Positions 39,464-50,761 of a stretch of 64,000 nucleotides of DNA are shown here, piece by piece. Source of the DNA: Candidatus Dormiibacterota bacterium. Lineage in GTDB: Bacteria > Chloroflexota > Dormibacteria > Aeolococcales > Aeolococcaceae. Position 1 is the first letter of the stretch; every line of letters starts with the position of its first letter. The DNA lies in the NCBI GenBank assembly GCA_035652335.1, contig DASRDZ010000072.1, positions 26,081 through 90,080 of the forward strand, written 5' to 3'. The notes beneath the pieces were generated by a model. That model did no database searches. It was not told the DNA's origin and saw only the letters and a program-made list of their open reading frames with translations. The translations under genes were made by a program, and so were the position numbers.

Positions 39464-40360
39464 GTGGAGCGGGTAGCATGCCCGGTGATGTCCGTGTCCG
39501 CCGCTCCCCCCGGCGCCGTCCACCACACCATGGACGACGCGGCGCTCAGCGCCTACCGCCGCGACGGCTTCCTCGTCCTGCGCGGGCTGCTCAGCCCCCG
39601 CGAGGTCGCCATGCTGCGCACCGCCTCCGACCTGGTTCTGGCCGAGGCTGTCCAATACGGGCGAGAGCTGGACGCGCGCCATCCCATCGCGCTGAGGAGC
39701 GACCACGGCTTCTACGAATGGGACGAGATCGACGACCGCCAGTTCCTCTACGCCCGCGACGGTGAGGGACGGCGCGTCTGGCGCCGCGCCGAGCGGATGT
39801 GGAGCCGCGACGCCGCCTTCCGGGTGATCACCGCCAACCCGCGGGTGGTCGCCGCCGTGGAGCGCGCCGCCGGCGCGCCGGTGCTGCCCGCCCACGACTC
39901 GATGGTGGTCAAGATGCCCGGAGCCGGGGCCACCGTGCCCTGGCATCGCGACCCGCCCGGCAGGGCGCTCATCGAGCGGCTGGGCGACGCCTCGGGCGAC
40001 TTCATCACCGACGTCTACGTCGACCCCTCGACGGTCGACAACGGATGCGTCTGGGGGATCCCCGGCAGCCACCGCTGCACCGACGAGGTGGACCCCGACG
40101 ACTTCGGCCGCGCCGACGCGGTGCCGCTGCAGGCGGAGCCGGGCGACGTCGTCCTCCACTCCACCGGAGTCCTGCACGGCTCGCCGGCCAACCGCTCCAC
40201 CGCGATGCGGCGCACCTTCTACATCCACTACGGGACGCGCGACACGCTGATGCACGGCTTCTGGCAGCGCAACGCCGGCTGGATCGAGGAGCAGGCGGCG
40301 GCCTTCGCGCGGATGGCCGAGGAGCGCCGCGCCCTGGGGATCGACCAGCCCGACCTCTAG
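39464..40360 (+). CDS. Phytanoyl-CoA dioxygenase (PhyH) family oxygenase, second copy
   Basis: YRRDGFLVLRG, HxD (WHRDPPG) and the distal His block (VLHGSPANRS) are present. The start is uncertain (39464, 39488 or 39530). Its stop overlaps the convergent nadC stop as CTAG. Confidence 0.75.
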   Translation: MERVACPVMSVSAAPPGAVHHTMDDAALSAYRRDGFLVLRGLLSPREVAMLRTASDLVLAEAVQYGRELDARHPIALRSDHGFYEWDEIDDRQFLYARDGEGRRVWRRAERMWSRDAAFRVITANPRVVAAVERAAGAPVLPAHDSMVVKMPGAGATVPWHRDPPGRALIERLGDASGDFITDVYVDPSTVDNGCVWGIPGSHRCTDEVDPDDFGRADAVPLQAEPGDVVLHSTGVLHGSPANRSTAMRRTFYIHYGTRDTLMHGFWQRNAGWIEEQAAAFARMAEERRALGIDQPDL

Positions 40361-41223
40361 TAGCGGGTGACCTTCATCGAGTAGTCGAGCGCGGTCGCCG
40401 AGTGGGTGAGCGCGCCGACGCTGATGAAGTCGGCCCCGGCCAGCGCGTAGGCGCGGGCGTTGGTGAGCAGCACGCCGCCGCTGATCTCCACCTGGGCACG
40501 GCCGCGGATGATCTGCATCGCCTCGCGCACCTGTCCCGGCGCGAAGTTGTCGAGGAGCACCCGCGGCGCCTTGTCGTTGAGCGCCTGCTCCAGCTCCTGC
40601 AGGTTGCTCACCTCGACGTTGATCATGGCCTCGGGATGCGCCTTGCGCACGGCGCGCAGGGCGGCGCTGACGCCGTTGGCCAGGGCGAGGTGGGTGTCCT
40701 TGATGAGCACCGCGTCGTAGAGGCCCATGCGGTGGTTGGTGGCCCCGCCCATGCGGGTGGCGTACTTCTCCAGCGTGCGCATGCCCGGCGTGGTCTTGCG
40801 GGTGTCGAGGATCTCGGTCTTGGTCCCCTCCACCGCCTTGACGTACTTGCTGGTGATGCTGGCGATGCCGCTCAGGTGCTGCAGGTAGTTGAGCGCTACG
40901 CGCTCCGCCTTGAGCATCGCCCGCGCAGGCCCGTAGAGGCGGGCGACGATCTGGTCCTCCTGGACCTTCTCGCCGTCCTTGGTCTTGGCGTCGAACTGGA
41001 TGCGCTCGTCGACCAGCTTGAAGACGCGCTCGGCGACGGGGAGCCCGGCGACCACGCCGTCCTGCTTGCAGACGATCTTGCCGCGGCAGGTCATCTCCGG
41101 CGGCAGGATGGCGTCGCTGGTGAGGTCGCCGTCGCCCACGTCCTCGGCCAGGGCGACCAGGATCAGCGGGTCGAGATGCTCGGGAGCGAGCGGGTCAGTG
41201 TGTGGCGAGAGCGTGGCGGTCAA
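40357..41223 (-). CDS. nadC: Nicotinate-nucleotide pyrophosphorylase (carboxylating)
   Basis: LAEDVGDGDLTS, ILDTRKTTPGMR, NHRMGLYDAVLIKDTH and EVEISGG blocks are present. The TTG 41223 start overlaps the nadB 3' end. Confidence 0.93.
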   Translation of the reverse strand: MTATLSPHTDPLAPEHLDPLILVALAEDVGDGDLTSDAILPPEMTCRGKIVCKQDGVVAGLPVAERVFKLVDERIQFDAKTKDGEKVQEDQIVARLYGPARAMLKAERVALNYLQHLSGIASITSKYVKAVEGTKTEILDTRKTTPGMRTLEKYATRMGGATNHRMGLYDAVLIKDTHLALANGVSAALRAVRKAHPEAMINVEVSNLQELEQALNDKAPRVLLDNFAPGQVREAMQIIRGRAQVEISGGVLLTNARAYALAGADFISVGALTHSATALDYSMKVTRY

Positions 41224-42808
41224 GGCGTGGTCCTCTGTCCTTCTGCATGACCCAGGTGCCGAGCCAGCGCTCGTCGCTCTCCGGGAAGTCGGAGCGCAGG
41301 TGAGCGCCGCGCGATTCGGTCCGGGCCTCGGCGGCGGCGACGACGAGCGACGCGGTGACGGCGGCGGCGCGCAGGGCCACCTCGTCGAGCCGCTCGGCCC
41401 CGTCGCACTGATGGATGATGGCGTCCACCGCTTCTGCGGCGGCGTGGAGTCCGGCGGCGTCGCGCACCAGGCCGGCGCGCTCCCACATGGTGGTGCGCAG
41501 GCGCTCGGTGAGCGCGGCGACGTCGGGGGTGGTCGGGGAAGACCCCATGTTGTTGCCGGGGATGGCGGCAACGTCGGCGTCGGAGGGCGGCTGCTTCTCG
41601 GCGTTGCCGTGCAGCGCCGCGGCCGTGGCCCGATGGGCGAAGACCACCGATTCCAGCAGGCTGTTACTGGCCAGGCGGTTGGCACCGTGCACGCCCGTGC
41701 TGGCCACCTCGCCGCAGGCGTAGAGCCCGGGCACCGAGGTGGCCCCGCCGAGGTTGGTGCGCACGCCGCCGATCAGGTAGTGCGCGGCCGGGGCGATGGG
41801 GATGCGCTCGCGCGTGATGTCGATGCCGAACTGCAGGCAGGTGCGGTGGATGGTTGGGAAGCGCAGCGCGGCGCGGTCGCGCAGCGGCGCGCAGTCGAGG
41901 TACACGGCGGGCTCGCCGCTGTGGGACAGCTCGCGCCAGATCGCCTGCGCCACCACGTCGCGCGGGGCCAGCTCGCCGCGCTCGTCGGCGTCGAAGAGGA
42001 AGCGCTCGCCGCGCGCGTTGACGACCAGCGCGCCCTCGCCCCGCACCGCCTCGCTGATGAGGAAGCGCGGCGCGCCGTCGAGAGCCAGCGCTGTGGGGTG
42101 GAACTGCACGAACTCCATCCCCGCCACCTCGGCGCCCGCCTCCCAGGCCAGGGCGATGCCGTCGCCGGTGGCGGGCTCGGGGTTGGTCGTGCAGCGCCAC
42201 AGCCGGCCGGCACCGCCCGAGGCGAGCACCACGGCGTTGGCGCCGAAGCGGCGTCGCTGCGAGGTCTCGGCGTCGATGCACTCCACGCCGATGCAGCGGC
42301 CCGCAGCGTCGAGGAGGAGCTGGGTGGCGTGATGCCGTTCGTGGATGTCGGCGCCGAGCGCATGCAGGCGCGCGATCAGCGCGGTCTCGATGGCCAGGCC
42401 GGTGCTGTCGCCGCCGGCGTGGAGGATGCGCGCCCGGCTGTGTGCCGCCTCGCGGCCCACCATCAGCGCCCCGTCCTGGGTGTCGAAGCCGACACCCCAC
42501 TCCACCAGCTCGCGGATGCGGCGCGGCGCCTCCTCGACGAGGACGCGCACCGCCCGCTCGTCGCAGAGCCCGCGGCCGGCGGCGACGGTGTCGGCGAAGT
42601 GCAGGTCGGGGGAGTCGTCCCCGCCCACCGCGGCGGCGATGCCGCCCTGCGCATGGCGGCTGCAGCCCTCGTCGAGGGCCGCCTTGGTGAGCACGGCGAC
42701 GCGGCCGCGCCGGGCTCCGCTGAGCGCCGCCACCAGCCCGGCAATGCCGCTGCCGATGACGACCAGGTCGTAGGCGCCTGCTGAGCGCGCTGCTCCGGAG
42801 GTGTTCAG
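41195..42808 (-). CDS. nadB: L-aspartate oxidase
   Basis: The FAD motif [12 protein letters not shown] and [12 protein letters not shown] are present. No ATG, GTG or TTG lies between the panD stop and the FAD motif. The only in-frame candidate is CTG 42808, so the start is uncertain. Confidence 0.9.
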   Translation of the reverse strand: MNTSGAARSAGAYDLVVIGSGIAGLVAALSGARRGRVAVLTKAALDEGCSRHAQGGIAAAVGGDDSPDLHFADTVAAGRGLCDERAVRVLVEEAPRRIRELVEWGVGFDTQDGALMVGREAAHSRARILHAGGDSTGLAIETALIARLHALGADIHERHHATQLLLDAAGRCIGVECIDAETSQRRRFGANAVVLASGGAGRLWRCTTNPEPATGDGIALAWEAGAEVAGMEFVQFHPTALALDGAPRFLISEAVRGEGALVVNARGERFLFDADERGELAPRDVVAQAIWRELSHSGEPAVYLDCAPLRDRAALRFPTIHRTCLQFGIDITRERIPIAPAAHYLIGGVRTNLGGATSVPGLYACGEVASTGVHGANRLASNSLLESVVFAHRATAAALHGNAEKQPPSDADVAAIPGNNMGSSPTTPDVAALTERLRTTMWERAGLVRDAAGLHAAAEAVDAIIHQCDGAERLDEVALRAAAVTASLVVAAAEARTESRGAHLRSDFPESDERWLGTWVMQKDRGPRLDRHALATH

Positions 42809-43161
42809 TGGACCGCCACCCGTTCCCGCGCCCGGGGCCTGGGGCGGTTGCGCTGGTCGACGTGGACCACGCGCGGCTGGAAGCCGGCCGCCTCCGCCTC
42901 GTCGACGTTCGCGTAGGTGATGAGGATGACCAGGTCGCCGGGATCGCCGATGTGGGCCATCGCCCCGTTGAGCGCCACCTCGCCGGGCTCCCCCTCGATG
43001 GCATAGGTGATCGCACGCGAGCCGTTGCTGACGTTGACGATGTGCACCTGCTCGCCGACCAGGATGTCCGCCAGCTTCATCAGCTGCGGGTCGATGCTGC
43101 AGGAGCCCTCGTAGTGGAGGTCCGCCCGCGTCACCGTGGCGCGGTGGATCTTCGACTTCAT
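42805..43161 (-). CDS. panD: Aspartate 1-decarboxylase
   Basis: [24 protein letters not shown] includes the self-processing G-S site. ATG 43161 overlaps the panC stop as TGATG. Confidence 0.95.
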   Translation of the reverse strand: MKSKIHRATVTRADLHYEGSCSIDPQLMKLADILVGEQVHIVNVSNGSRAITYAIEGEPGEVALNGAMAHIGDPGDLVILITYANVDEAEAAGFQPRVVHVDQRNRPRPRARERVAVH

Positions 43162-44111
43162 CAGGACACGCTGCACGGCGAGCTCCATTCGGCGGACCCC
43201 GGCGCTTGGTTCGACCGCTCCGCCGCCGCGCCGGAGGCACCCGTGACCGCCGGGATCTCGTCGCAGCCAAGGCGGATCGTGTCGATCAGCCGAGCTGTGG
43301 ACATTCTACCAGCGAGCACGATTCGGCATCCCCTGGCCGCCTCCGTGACCTCGGCGAACGTCTCCGGGTCGACCACCGCGACGTAGTCCGGCGCGATGGC
43401 GGGGCTGCGTCGCAGCTCGGCCTCGACGGCGTCGACCAGGCGGTCAGCCCGCCTCTCCCCCGCCTCCCAGAGCCGGGCGGCGGCGGCCAGGCCGCGCGGG
43501 ATGGCCAGCGCCTGGCGCCGGTCCTCCGGGCTCAGGTAGGCGTTGCGGCTCGACAGGGCCAGCCCGTCGGCGTCGCGGACCAGGGCGCAGGGGACGATCT
43601 CCACGCCGGTGTCGAGGTCGCGGGCGAGGCGCTGCACCACGGCCAGCTGCTGGGCGTCCTTCTCGCCGAAGTAGGCGCGGTCGGGGCGGGCGGCGTCCAG
43701 CAGCTTGGCGACCACGGTGGCGACGCCGTCGAAGTGGCCGGGACGGTGCTCGCCCTCGAAGCGCTCGGTGAGCGCCACACCGACGTGCACGGTGGTGTGC
43801 GCGCCCTCGGGGTACATCGCCTCGACGCTCGGCGTGTAGGCGGCGTCGACGCGCTCGGCGTCGAGCATGGCCAGGTCGCGCTCCAGCGGGCGGGGATACC
43901 GGGTCAGGTCCTCGCCGGCGCCGAACTGGGTGGGGTTGACGAAGATGCTGACCACAACTCGGTCGCACTCCGCGCGGGCGCGCCGGACCAGGCTGCGGTG
44001 CCCCTCGTGGAGCGCGCCCATGGTGGGCACGAGCCCGACGCCGAGCCCGGCGGCGCGCCAGCGCTCCGACTGCAGGCGCAGGGCGCCGGGGGTGTCGAGG
44101 ATGCGCGGCAT
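43161..44111 (-). CDS. panC: Pantoate--beta-alanine ligase
   Basis: [15 protein letters not shown] (HxGH) and FGEKDAQQL blocks are present. The C-terminus is about 30 aa longer than usual. Confidence 0.95.
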   Translation of the reverse strand: MPRILDTPGALRLQSERWRAAGLGVGLVPTMGALHEGHRSLVRRARAECDRVVVSIFVNPTQFGAGEDLTRYPRPLERDLAMLDAERVDAAYTPSVEAMYPEGAHTTVHVGVALTERFEGEHRPGHFDGVATVVAKLLDAARPDRAYFGEKDAQQLAVVQRLARDLDTGVEIVPCALVRDADGLALSSRNAYLSPEDRRQALAIPRGLAAAARLWEAGERRADRLVDAVEAELRRSPAIAPDYVAVVDPETFAEVTEAARGCRIVLAGRMSTARLIDTIRLGCDEIPAVTGASGAAAERSNQAPGSAEWSSPCSVS

Positions 44112-44121
44112 GGTGGTTGCG

Positions 44122-44916
<795 letters not shown>

Positions 44917-44952
44917 GGCAGGAACTCGAGGCTCGCCGCGGCGCGCGCCGCG

Positions 44953-45939
44953 CTAGGCGGTCGCGCCCAGGTGGCGGAGCGCGGCGCCGGCGCGGCGGGC
45001 GCGGCCGGTCTCGCGCCGCGGGCGGAGGACCGTCGCCAGGCTCTGCGCGGCGAGCACCTCGGCAACCTCCTCGCGGCCGGTGGCGCCGGCCAGGGCGAGG
45101 GTGTCGCGGGCGAGCAGCAGGTACAGGCTGCGGGTGGCCTCGTCGTTCTGCAGGGCGCGGAGGTGGCGGGCCACCGTGCCGGCGTCGTCGCGCACCACCG
45201 GGCCGGTGAGGGCGGCCTGGGCGCCGAGGCGCCGGACGTTGGCGGCGGCGCCTTCCAGGAGGGTGGCCAGCGCCTGGGTGGCGATGGCTCCGTCGACCCC
45301 GGTCGACTCCAGCAGCCTGGCGGCGCGCGCGAGCAGGGCGAGGGGGGCGTTGCCCGCCAGGACGGCGGCGGCGTGGTAGAGCGCGCGGTCGCCGCTCGGC
45401 GCGGCGAAGGGGATCCCGCCCAGGTCGGAGACGATGCGCTCCAGGGTTGGACGCAGCCCCTCGTCGGCCTCGACGCTGAAGAACGTGCCGCAGAGGACCC
45501 GCGGGCTGCTGTCGGCGGTGAGCGCCTGGAGCGGGTGGACCGCGCCGACGCGGGCGGCCACCTGCCGGGCTGCACCCAGCGCGCTGCTGGTGTGGGCGCC
45601 GCTGCAGTGCACCAGGGCGCGCTCGCCCAGGGCCATGCCGCTGGCTGCGACGGTGGCGGCGACCCGGGTGATCGCCGCGTCGGGCACGGTCAGGAAGGTG
45701 ACGTCGGCGGCGCGGGCGGCTCGGACCGCGGTCTCGACCCGGCGGGCGCCGACGGCGTCGGCCAGCTCCTGCGCGTGGGCCGGGGTGCGGCTGGCCACCG
45801 CGACCACCTGGTATCCCGCCTCGTGCGCAGCCGTGGCCAGCGCACGTCCCGCCCGCCCCGCGCCGACGAAGGCCAGCGTGGGCAGGCTGCTGTCCCGGCT
45901 CGCCCGGGGGGCGGCAGCGTTTCTCACCGTCTCGGTCAC
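44953..45939 (-). CDS. Rossmann-like / DUF2520 domain protein (pan-operon associated putative oxidoreductase)
   Basis: The dinucleotide-binding motif LAFVGAGRAGRAL is present. The position upstream of panB-panC-panD matches actinobacterial pan clusters. The start is uncertain (GTG 45939 chosen; the ORF extends to 46071). Confidence 0.65.
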   Translation of the reverse strand: MTETVRNAAAPRASRDSSLPTLAFVGAGRAGRALATAAHEAGYQVVAVASRTPAHAQELADAVGARRVETAVRAARAADVTFLTVPDAAITRVAATVAASGMALGERALVHCSGAHTSSALGAARQVAARVGAVHPLQALTADSSPRVLCGTFFSVEADEGLRPTLERIVSDLGGIPFAAPSGDRALYHAAAVLAGNAPLALLARAARLLESTGVDGAIATQALATLLEGAAANVRRLGAQAALTGPVVRDDAGTVARHLRALQNDEATRSLYLLLARDTLALAGATGREEVAEVLAAQSLATVLRPRRETGRARRAGAALRHLGATA

Positions 45940-46131
45940 CTCGTGATCCAAGCGTCTGCTGTGTGCTGCGCACCGTGGCAGGCGGATGCCCGAGGTCTCA
46001 TCGGTGGGTGGCGCGGCCCCCTTCCCGGCCCTCGTGGGGTCCGTGTGGGATGACGCCACCGCATCCTCCAACGCGATGCGTGCGCTCCAGTGTAAACGCC
46101 GGGGCGGCGGGGATGCCTTCGCCCCTCGCGG

Positions 46132-47850
46132 TCAGCTGCGGCGGCGGCGACCCAGGGTGGAGCCGAGCAGCAGCGCTCCCGCGGCGGCAAGGCCGGCGCC
46201 GCCGGCCAGCGGGGCGGCCGAGGTGTTGGGGATCCCCGCGGGGGACCGCGTCGAGCCTGCGGCGGCCGCGGAGGCGGCGGGCGCTCCGGCGGCGGACCCC
46301 GGCGCGGCGGGCGGCAGCTCGGTGGCGTACGCGGTGTAGGGGTCGACGGCGCTGGCCGCGGCGGTGGCGCTGCCCGGCGGCTCGTCGGCGTCGAAGGCGA
46401 TGGTCGTCAGGTTGGTGACGCGGCTGACCGCAACTCCGAAATCGTCGTAGAGGTTCCGGTCGCCGTTGCCGCTGCAGCTCGATCCCTTGGTGCAGAGCAC
46501 GCCCGTGTGGATCACGCCGGTGAGCTGCTGCTGCCGGAAGGTGGCGCCGCCATCGGTGGACCGCGCGAGATAGAGACGCCAGGGCGCAGCGGCGGGATCG
46601 CCGGGCGTGCCCATGGCGGTGCTGTCGTTGGTGTCGCCGCTTCGCGTCGACCCGTAGAAGCCGACGTCGACGTGTCCGTCGGGTCCCACCGCAACGGTTG
46701 GATAGTCCGCCGTGGCGACCGGCGCCGTGTCGAGACGGCGCCGCGGCGACCAGGTCGTGCCGCCGTCGTGCGAGACGCTGGTGAAGGCATTGTGGTTGTC
46801 GGACCAGGCGACGTACACGCTGCCGTCGGGCCCGACCCCCAGCGAGGTGGGCCAGACCTGCTGCTCGCCGTTGTCGTTGACGGCGACCACCTGGTCCGTC
46901 CACGTGCTGCCGCCGTCACTGCTGGTCGACACCTCGACCTCGGTGTCGACGCCCGGCGGGCAGGTGGGGATCTGCTCGGCGGTGGTCACCACGTTCTGCA
47001 GGTAGTCCGCCGGGCTCTGCATGTCGCAGGCCTCCATCGGCACGTAGACGTTGTGCCGGTGCGGCGAGGACGGCCAGCCGTCCACCATCGCCTTGTTGAA
47101 CGCATTGGTGAGGCCGGGTGCGCTGTTCTGCATGAACAGGGCGCTCTGGCTCACCGGGTTGATGGTCGGCACCGGAGTGCTGGTGATCGTCGAGCCGTTG
47201 CAGACGTCGTAGGTGTTGACCACGGGGAGGAAGAGCGGCAGCTGGTGGTACACGAGGTACAGAGTGCAGGCGCCGTCGGCCGCCAGCCAGGGACGGTCCT
47301 GTGCAGGCACGCCGCCGAGGTTCATGACCTGGAAGGTCTGGCCGCCGTCCTGTGACCAGGCCAGGCTGCTGGCACCGAGCCACAGGCTGGTGCTGTAGAC
47401 GTTGTAGAACCCGCTGCTGTTCTTCTCCGGTGCCACCGTGGCATCGCTGTCCTCACCGCCCAGGCCGAAGCTGCTGCTGCCGTTGGTGACGAACGGGTCG
47501 GACACCCACTGGAAGGTGCGACCGCCATCGCTGGAGCGCCACAGATCGCTGCCGGTGAGCACCCCTGCACCGGGGTTGGTGCGCGGGTCCTTGCCGGTGT
47601 TGCCGTCGATGTTGCTCCCGATCCAGATGGTCCCGGCGCCGTCGATGCCGATGCCGGGCTCCACGTCCTCGTTGTAGGGGGTGCCCTGCACGGGCGCGTC
47701 TGGCAGCGGTGCAACCACGAACTGCGGCCCATCGGTCGCGGCCGCGGCGGGGCGAAGCGCCAGTGTCGCCGCACCAGCGGCGAGGGCGGCCACGCCGGCG
47801 AGGCGGCGCGCAGCCAGGGACAGTCGAACGCGTCGGGCAGGCGGCATCAC
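46132..47850 (-). CDS. Secreted BNR/Asp-box repeat protein with sortase-like C-terminal signal
   Basis: A signal-like N-terminus is followed by five Asp boxes (SSDGGRTF, SQDGGQTF, SSDGGSTW, SHDGGTTW, STDGGATF). The C-terminus is IPNTS plus a hydrophobic stretch plus RRRRS. Confidence 0.8.
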   Translation of the reverse strand: MMPPARRVRLSLAARRLAGVAALAAGAATLALRPAAAATDGPQFVVAPLPDAPVQGTPYNEDVEPGIGIDGAGTIWIGSNIDGNTGKDPRTNPGAGVLTGSDLWRSSDGGRTFQWVSDPFVTNGSSSFGLGGEDSDATVAPEKNSSGFYNVYSTSLWLGASSLAWSQDGGQTFQVMNLGGVPAQDRPWLAADGACTLYLVYHQLPLFLPVVNTYDVCNGSTITSTPVPTINPVSQSALFMQNSAPGLTNAFNKAMVDGWPSSPHRHNVYVPMEACDMQSPADYLQNVVTTAEQIPTCPPGVDTEVEVSTSSDGGSTWTDQVVAVNDNGEQQVWPTSLGVGPDGSVYVAWSDNHNAFTSVSHDGGTTWSPRRRLDTAPVATADYPTVAVGPDGHVDVGFYGSTRSGDTNDSTAMGTPGDPAAAPWRLYLARSTDGGATFRQQQLTGVIHTGVLCTKGSSCSGNGDRNLYDDFGVAVSRVTNLTTIAFDADEPPGSATAAASAVDPYTAYATELPPAAPGSAAGAPAASAAAAGSTRSPAGIPNTSAAPLAGGAGLAAAGALLLGSTLGRRRRS

Positions 47851-47908
47851 TGGACAGACGCCCGCACCCGCGGTCGCATTGCGGTCCGCCGGTGAGTTGA
47901 GGGAGGCT

Positions 47909-49834
47909 CTACGCTCCCGCTGCCGCCTGCGGCTGGTCGCCGCTCAGGCGAGCCTCGGTCTCCTCGATGATGCGGCCCATCTCGGCGTTGTCCATGGTCT
48001 CCACCTCGATGAGCCGCTCGGCGAGGGCGCGGAGCACCGCCTCGCGCTGGCGGAGCACCTCCTTGGCGCGGAGGAAGGCGGAGTCGACGAGGTGGTGCAC
48101 CTCCTGGTCGATCTCGCCGGCGACCTCCTCGGAGTAGTTGCGCTGCTCGCCGAGGTCGCGGCCGAGGAAGACCAGCTCCTCCTTGGTGCCGAAGGCGAGC
48201 GGGCCGAGCTTGTCGCTCATGCCCCACTCGGTGACCATCTTGCGGGCCAGCGACGTCGCCTTGCGGATGTCGTCGGAGGCGCCGGTGGTGATGTTCTTCT
48301 CGCCGAGGATCAGCTCCTCGGCGCAGCGCCCGCCGAGGATCTGGGCCAGCTGGTCGACCAGCTCCGCCTTGCTGACCAGGTACTTGTCCTCCTGGGGCAG
48401 CGAGAGCGTCCAGCCCAGGGCCATGCCGCGCGACACGATGCTGATCTTGTGCACCGGGTCGGTGTGCTCCAGCGTCCAGCCGACCAGCGCGTGCCCCATC
48501 TCGTGGTACGCGATGGTCGCCTTCTCCTTCTCGGAGATCATCCGCGACTTCCGCTCGGGACCGGCGATGACGCGCGCGATCGCCTCCTCGAGGTCCTTCA
48601 TGCCGATGACCTTGCGGTTGCCGCGGGCGGCGAGGATGGCCGCCTCGTTGATGAGGTTGGAGAGGTCGGCGCCGGAGAAGCCGGGCGTCTGCCTGGCCAG
48701 TGTCTCCAGCTCGACGGACGGGTCGAGGGGCTTGTTGCGCGCGTGCACCTCGAGGATCGCCTTGCGGCCGCGGATGTCGGGACGGTCGAGGGTGACGTGG
48801 CGGTCGAAGCGACCGGGCCGCAGCAGTGCGGGGTCGAGGACGTCGGGCCGGTTGGTGGCGGCGATGACGATGACGTGGGTCGCGGTCTCGAAGCCGTCCA
48901 TCTCGACGAGAAGCTGGTTCAAGGTCTGCTCGCGCTCGTCGTGGCCGCCGCCGAGACCCGCGCCGCGCTGCCGGCCGACGGCGTCGATCTCGTCGACGAA
49001 GACGATGCAGGGCGAGTTCTTCTTGGCCTGGTCGAAGAGGTCGCGCACGCGTGAAGCGCCGACGCCGACGAACATCTCCACGAACTCCGAGCCGGAGATG
49101 GAGAAGAACGGCACGCCCGCCTCGCCGGCGACGGCCTTGGACAGCAGGGTCTTGCCGGTGCCGGGCGGACCGACCAGCAGCACGCCCTTGGGGATGCGCG
49201 CGCCGACGGCGGTGAACTTGTCCGGGTACTTGAGGAACTCGACGATCTCGGTCAGCTCGACCTTGGCCTCCTCGACGCCCGCGACGTCGTTGAAGGTGAC
49301 CGCCGGCTTGTCACCCGCCAGCAGTCGCGCGCGGCTGCGGCCGAATGACATGGCCTGGTTGTTCCCGCTCTGCGTCTGCCGCAGCATGTACCACATGAAG
49401 CCTGCGATCAGGACCAGCAGGACCAGGTTGGGGAGGATGATGCTCCACAAGAAATTGCCTCCCCCGTTGGTGTCGTCACGGAAGTTGAAGAAGTTGTTGG
49501 CGCTGAACAGCGCGTTGATGTCGGTGTTCGGGGCGACGGTGGTCCGAGCCTTCTGGCCGTTGGCCGCGTACCAGTCGACGGTCTGACTGTCGCCTTCGAC
49601 CACGGTCTGCTGGCTGGGGTCGTCCGAGATGATATTCGCCTTGTCGCTGCAGTCCAGGCCCGAGCTGCCGCCACCGCCGTGGCAGGACTTGTAGGCCACC
49701 AGCGCTTTGGAGAGGTCTCCCGCCGAGCGCTCGTTGGGACCCTGGCTGGGAAAGCTCTTGTATGCCAGCAGCGCGACCATGGCGATCGCAGCGAACAGCA
49801 GGAAATAGATGAGCGAGCGCCGCTGGCCTCTCAT
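47909..49834 (-). CDS. ftsH: ATP-dependent zinc metalloprotease FtsH
   Basis: Walker A GPPGTGKT, the SRH region and the zinc motif HEMGHAL are present, with two N-terminal TM helices. Confidence 0.98.
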   Translation of the reverse strand: MRGQRRSLIYFLLFAAIAMVALLAYKSFPSQGPNERSAGDLSKALVAYKSCHGGGGSSGLDCSDKANIISDDPSQQTVVEGDSQTVDWYAANGQKARTTVAPNTDINALFSANNFFNFRDDTNGGGNFLWSIILPNLVLLVLIAGFMWYMLRQTQSGNNQAMSFGRSRARLLAGDKPAVTFNDVAGVEEAKVELTEIVEFLKYPDKFTAVGARIPKGVLLVGPPGTGKTLLSKAVAGEAGVPFFSISGSEFVEMFVGVGASRVRDLFDQAKKNSPCIVFVDEIDAVGRQRGAGLGGGHDEREQTLNQLLVEMDGFETATHVIVIAATNRPDVLDPALLRPGRFDRHVTLDRPDIRGRKAILEVHARNKPLDPSVELETLARQTPGFSGADLSNLINEAAILAARGNRKVIGMKDLEEAIARVIAGPERKSRMISEKEKATIAYHEMGHALVGWTLEHTDPVHKISIVSRGMALGWTLSLPQEDKYLVSKAELVDQLAQILGGRCAEELILGEKNITTGASDDIRKATSLARKMVTEWGMSDKLGPLAFGTKEELVFLGRDLGEQRNYSEEVAGEIDQEVHHLVDSAFLRAKEVLRQREAVLRALAERLIEVETMDNAEMGRIIEETEARLSGDQPQAAAGA

Positions 49835-49844
49835 GGGCGGCAGT

Positions 49845-50654
49845 CTAGCATGGGGTCTCTGCAGCCCCTGTTCGTTGCAGGAGCGTGGTCGGCGGTGACC
49901 CGGCCGTGGCCGCCTCGGTCTCGGCGGCGAGGCGGCGCTGGTGCTCGGCGAGGGCGATGAGCCGCCTGCGCGCCGCCGGGAACACCTCTTCCAATGCGGG
50001 GATCAGCTGGTGGCGCACACGGCTGCGCAGGAAGCGCGGGTCGGCGTTCGAGGGGTCGTCGAGGACGGGCAGGGACAGCGCGACGCAGTAGGCCGCCGTC
50101 TGGGCGCGCCAGACGCCGAGCAGCGGCCGGGCGAGCATGCCGTCGCGGGGCGACATCGCCCGCAGCGCGCGCGGCGTGGCGCCGGACAGCGCGCGCATCA
50201 GCACCGTCTCGGCCTGGTCGTCGGCGGTGTGGCCGAGCGCCATGGCGGTGGCGCCGACCTCGGCGGCCAGCTCGCGGAGCACGGCGTGGCGGGCGGCGCG
50301 GGCGCGGTCCTGGAGCGAGCCGCCGGGCTCGACCTCGACCCGCAGCGCGTGGAAGGGCAGGCCGCGGCCGGCGGCGAGAAGGCGGACCGGCCCGGCCTCC
50401 TCCGCCGAGCCGTCCCGCAGCCCGTGGTCGACGTGCGCGACGTGGAGGTCGAGACGGCGCGGCGGGGCCAGGCGGGCGAGGGCGTCGAGCAGCGCCGTGG
50501 AGTCCGGACCGCCGCTGCAGGCGACGACGACGCGCTCGCCGGGCCGGAGCACCCCCTCGCGGTCGAGGGCCCGGGCCACCGCGCGGCGCACCCTGGCCAC
50601 CTCGGGCACGCGCTGCGCGGCGGGCAGGGTCGGGGCGGGCGGCGGCACGGTCAT
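49845..50654 (-). CDS. tilS: tRNA(Ile)-lysidine synthase (short form)
   Basis: The PP-loop motif VACSGGPDS is present and the gene lies immediately upstream of ftsH. Start ATG 50654 chosen; TTG 50684 is an alternative. Confidence 0.85.
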   Translation of the reverse strand: MTVPPPAPTLPAAQRVPEVARVRRAVARALDREGVLRPGERVVVACSGGPDSTALLDALARLAPPRRLDLHVAHVDHGLRDGSAEEAGPVRLLAAGRGLPFHALRVEVEPGGSLQDRARAARHAVLRELAAEVGATAMALGHTADDQAETVLMRALSGATPRALRAMSPRDGMLARPLLGVWRAQTAAYCVALSLPVLDDPSNADPRFLRSRVRHQLIPALEEVFPAARRRLIALAEHQRRLAAETEAATAGSPPTTLLQRTGAAETPC

Positions 50655-50761
50655 GGCGATTGTCCGAGCACGATACGGGACCAACGGCTCTGTCGCCGCC
50701 CGGTGCAGTCCCCCAGCGTTGGACGGGCAGGAGGGCCGGGGCCGACAGGGGGACCTTCGAG

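Noticed and set aside
49994-50761. N-terminal 255 aa of the 611 aa plus-strand ORF 49994..51829
   Set aside because: This Arg/Ala/Gly/Pro-rich stretch is antisense to tilS. The real EEP-family gene starts at ATG 50762 with a signal peptide.
50655-50761. Divergent gene-orientation switch (tilS-ftsH minus strand, EEP-mtnA-lhr plus strand) as a possible replication origin
   Set aside because: There is no dnaA or dnaN nearby and no cluster of DnaA-box-like 9-mers; only one weak TTGTCC match is present. The spacer is short and GC-rich. GC skew cannot be computed by eye.
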